Shown in pieces: positions 61,233 through 64,000 of a stretch of DNA of 64,000 bases. Location of the stretch: the NCBI GenBank assembly GCA_024408085.1, contig JAKSVH010000002.1:43613-107612 (forward strand). The letters are read 5' to 3'. How positions within the stretch are numbered: the stretch's first letter is position 1; every line of letters starts with the position of its first letter. The notes under the pieces are model-generated. The model saw nothing but the letters and a program-made list of their open reading frames with translations, had not been told where the DNA came from and searched no databases. Made by a program: the position numbers and the translations under genes. Source of the stretch: Bacilli bacterium. GTDB lineage: Bacteria > Bacillota_I > Bacilli_A > RFN20 > CAG-826.

Positions 61233-63864
61233 TATGGCAAAGAAATACATCTACAACTTCAAAGAAGCCCATGGTTTAGGCAAAGAGTTGTTAGGTGGTA
61301 AAGGTGCCGGTCTTGCGGAAATGACCAGCATTGGAGTTCCAATTCCACAAGGATTTACCATCACAACAGAAGCATGTAATCTCTACTACGATTCAGGTAA
61401 AAAATTACCAGATGATATCGTTGAAGACATTTATGCTCACATCAAAGAAGTTGAAAAAGAAACAGGCAAAAACTTCGGTGGAGATCATAACCCACTCTTA
61501 GTCTCTGTCCGTTCAGGCGCAAGAGTTTCTATGCCAGGTATGATGGATACCATCTTAAACTTAGGTTTAAATGATACAACTGTCGCAGCCTTAGCAAGAG
61601 AAACTGGTAACGAAAGATTCGCATTTGATAGCTATCGTCGTTTCATTCTTATGTTTACAAACATCGCCAAAGGTCATCCAAGAACCGAAATGGATAAGAT
61701 GCTTGATGAACTCAAGGAAAAGAATGGCTACAAACTCGATACAGAAGTTACTGCAGATCAATTAAAAGATCTCGTTAAAGCTTATAAAGCTTACTACAAG
61801 AAAACATTTGGTGAAGAATTCCCATCAGATCCAAAAGTTCAATTACTTGAAGCTGTTACAGCAGTCTTCCGTTCCTGGGATAACCCAAGAGCAAACGTTT
61901 ATCGTATGATGAACTCAATCCCATATTCATGGGGAACCGCTGTTAACGTTCAATCAATGGCCTTCGGTAACAAAGGCGAAACATCTGGTACAGGCGTTGC
62001 ATTCTCACGTAACCCAGGTACAGGTGAAAAAGTTATTTCCGCAGAATATTTACCAAACGCACAAGGCGAAGACGTTGTTGCAGGTATTCGTACCCCACTT
62101 CATATTGAAGAACTCAAAGCAAGAATGCCAGATGTTTACAACCAATTCGTTGAAACCATCAAAAAGATGGAACACCACTACAGAGATATGCAAGATATGG
62201 AATTTACCGTCGAAGAAGGTAAACTCTACTTCTTACAAACACGTAATGGTAAACGTACACCAGCAGCCGCATTAAAGATTGCATGTGACTTAGTTGATGA
62301 AGGATTAATCACTGAAGATGAAGCAGTCTTAAGAATTGATCCAGTATCATTTGATAAGCTTCTCTTACCAGCATTTGATAAGGATGACTTAGCAAAACAT
62401 GAACCAATCGCACAAGGCTTAGCTGCAGGTCCAGGCGCAGGCACTGGTAAAATTGCCTTCACAGCTGAAGAAGCTGAAAGACGTCACGCAAATAAGGAAA
62501 AAGTTGTCCTTGTTCGTGCAGAAACATCCCCAGAAGACATCGTTGGTATGGTCGCTGCAGAAGGTGTTCTCACAATGCGTGGTGGTATGACTTCACACGC
62601 AGCCGTTGTTGCCCGTGGTATGGGTAAGTGCTGTGTCTGTGGCTGTAAAGAAGCTATCATTGATGAAGAAGCTCGTACAGTTACCATTAATGGTAAAGTC
62701 TACACAGACCAAGATGAATTATCACTCGATGGTTCAACTGGTAAAGTCTACCTTGGCTCAATCGCAAAGGTTATGCCAGACCTCACAGCAGGTTACTTCG
62801 GTAGATTAATGGCTTGGGTCGACAGAGCACGTACATTAAAAGTTCGTACAAATGCCGATACTCCAAGAGATGCAAAACAAGCAAGAGAATTTGGTGCTGA
62901 AGGTATTGGCTTATGCCGTACTGAACACATGTTCTTCGATAAGGATAGAATCTTCTCTATGAGAAAGATGATTCTTGCGGACACTGTAGAAGAAAGACGT
63001 GCTGCATTAGCAGAACTCGAACCAATGCAACAAGCAGACTTCGAGTCACTCTATGAAGCAATGCTTCCATTCAATGTAAACGTTCGTTTACTTGATCCAC
63101 CTCTACACGAATTCCTCCCACAAGAAGAAGATAAGATTGCAGAACTTGCTAAAGCAACTGGCAGAACAGTTCAACAAGTTAAAGATCGTATCGAATACTT
63201 ACACGAATTCAACCCAATGATGGGTCACCGTGGATGTAGATTAGCTGTTTCATATCCAGAAATCTGTGAAATGCAAACAAATGCTATTATCAAAGCAGCA
63301 ATTGCAGTTTCAAAGAGAACTGGCAAAGCAATTGAACCAGAAATCATGGTTCCACTTGTACTCGATGTTAAAGAACTTAAGTTCGTTAAGAAGATTATCT
63401 GCGAAGTTGCAGACAAGCTCATTAAAGAAGCTGGCGTTAATATGAAATATCATGTTGGTACCATGATTGAAATCCCAAGAGCTGCATTGCTCTCAGATGA
63501 AATCGCTCAAGAAGCAGAATTCTTCTCATTTGGTACAAATGACTTAACACAAATGACATTCGGCTTCAGCCGTGATGACGCTGCTAAGTTCTTGCCAGAT
63601 TACTACAGCAACAAGATCCTTGAAGAAGATCCATTCAAGACACTCGATCAAAACGGTGTTGGTAAACTCGTTGACATGTCCGTTAAACTCGGCCGTGCTA
63701 CACGTAAGGATCTCCACATTGGTGTCTGTGGTGAAACTGGTGGTGAACCAAACTCAATCGACTTCTACCATAGAGCAGGACTCGACTATGTCTCATGTTC
63801 ACCATTCCGTGTTCCAGTTGCACGTTTAGCTGCTGCTCAAGCTGCAATTAAACACAGAAAATAA
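61233..63864 (+). CDS. ppdK: pyruvate, phosphate dikinase
   Basis: Start at MAKKYIYNFKE, preceded by the SD AGGAGG. Catalytic His region GGMTSHAAVVARGMGKCCVCGC. PEP-utilising TIM barrel C-terminus. The ORF-track start at 61120 is an over-extension. Confidence 0.9.
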
Positions 63865-63884
63865 GTTCTAATCTGAACTAATTA

Positions 63885-63922
63885 AGCCTCAGGTTCGCCT
63901 GGGGCTTTCTTTTTGTTTTTTA
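63885..63922 (+). terminator. ppdK rho-independent terminator (AGCCTCAGG-TTCG-CCTGGGGCT plus T-run)
   Basis: 9-bp stem with one G-U pair, followed by TTCTTTTTGTTTTTT. Confidence 0.7.
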
Positions 63923-64000
63923 ATAATTCTTTTTGGTGTCTAAAAATCGGTGTTGAAAGTTATTTTTAAATTATTTAAAATGAAAATATGAACGAACATA

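Overview
This 64-kb window is from a low-GC (about 33% GC), standard-genetic-code, Firmicutes-type chromosome, most consistent with an Erysipelotrichia- or Acholeplasma-like organism. It is rich in lipoproteins, and gene order is Bacillus-like. Most of the window is conserved housekeeping. The minus strand carries gatC (partial), ligA, pcrA, asnS, tsaD-rimI-tsaB-tsaE, ung, gdpP-rplI-dnaB(dnaC), rpsF-ssb-rpsR, lysS, dusB, ftsH, tilS, mfd and pth. The plus strand carries a thioredoxin-reductase-like flavoprotein, a DUF368 undecaprenyl-phosphate-translocase-like protein, a TetR regulator and ppdK. Two RNA elements are missing from the ORF track. One is a TPP riboswitch leading a thiT (ECF S-component) gene. 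The other is tmRNA (ssrA), which two ORF-track ORFs spuriously overlap. The accessory part, about 16.3 to 35.6 kb, holds three GT4 glycosyltransferases and two paralogous giant surface lipoproteins of 2500 and 1383 aa, built from many Big_2 Ig-like domains. Next to them lies a cluster of a TupA-like ATP-grasp protein, a lipoprotein and a polytopic membrane protein. The most notable observation is that the two giant genes are highly diverged in their bodies yet share three things: similar lipoprotein signal peptides, an 80-nt conserved 5' leader with a U6/U7 tract, and a roughly 50-nt conserved 3' hairpin whose loop is also conserved. This is a cassette-like architecture reminiscent of variable surface lipoprotein families. 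Other non-coding oddities are four copies of a 33-bp tandem repeat in a divergent promoter region, an 18-bp perfect inverted repeat, and a complete small gene between rpsF and a metallopeptidase gene (promoter, SD, 25-codon ORF and terminator, flanked by 30-nt direct repeats). No CRISPR array, rRNA, tRNA, IS element or prophage genes were seen.
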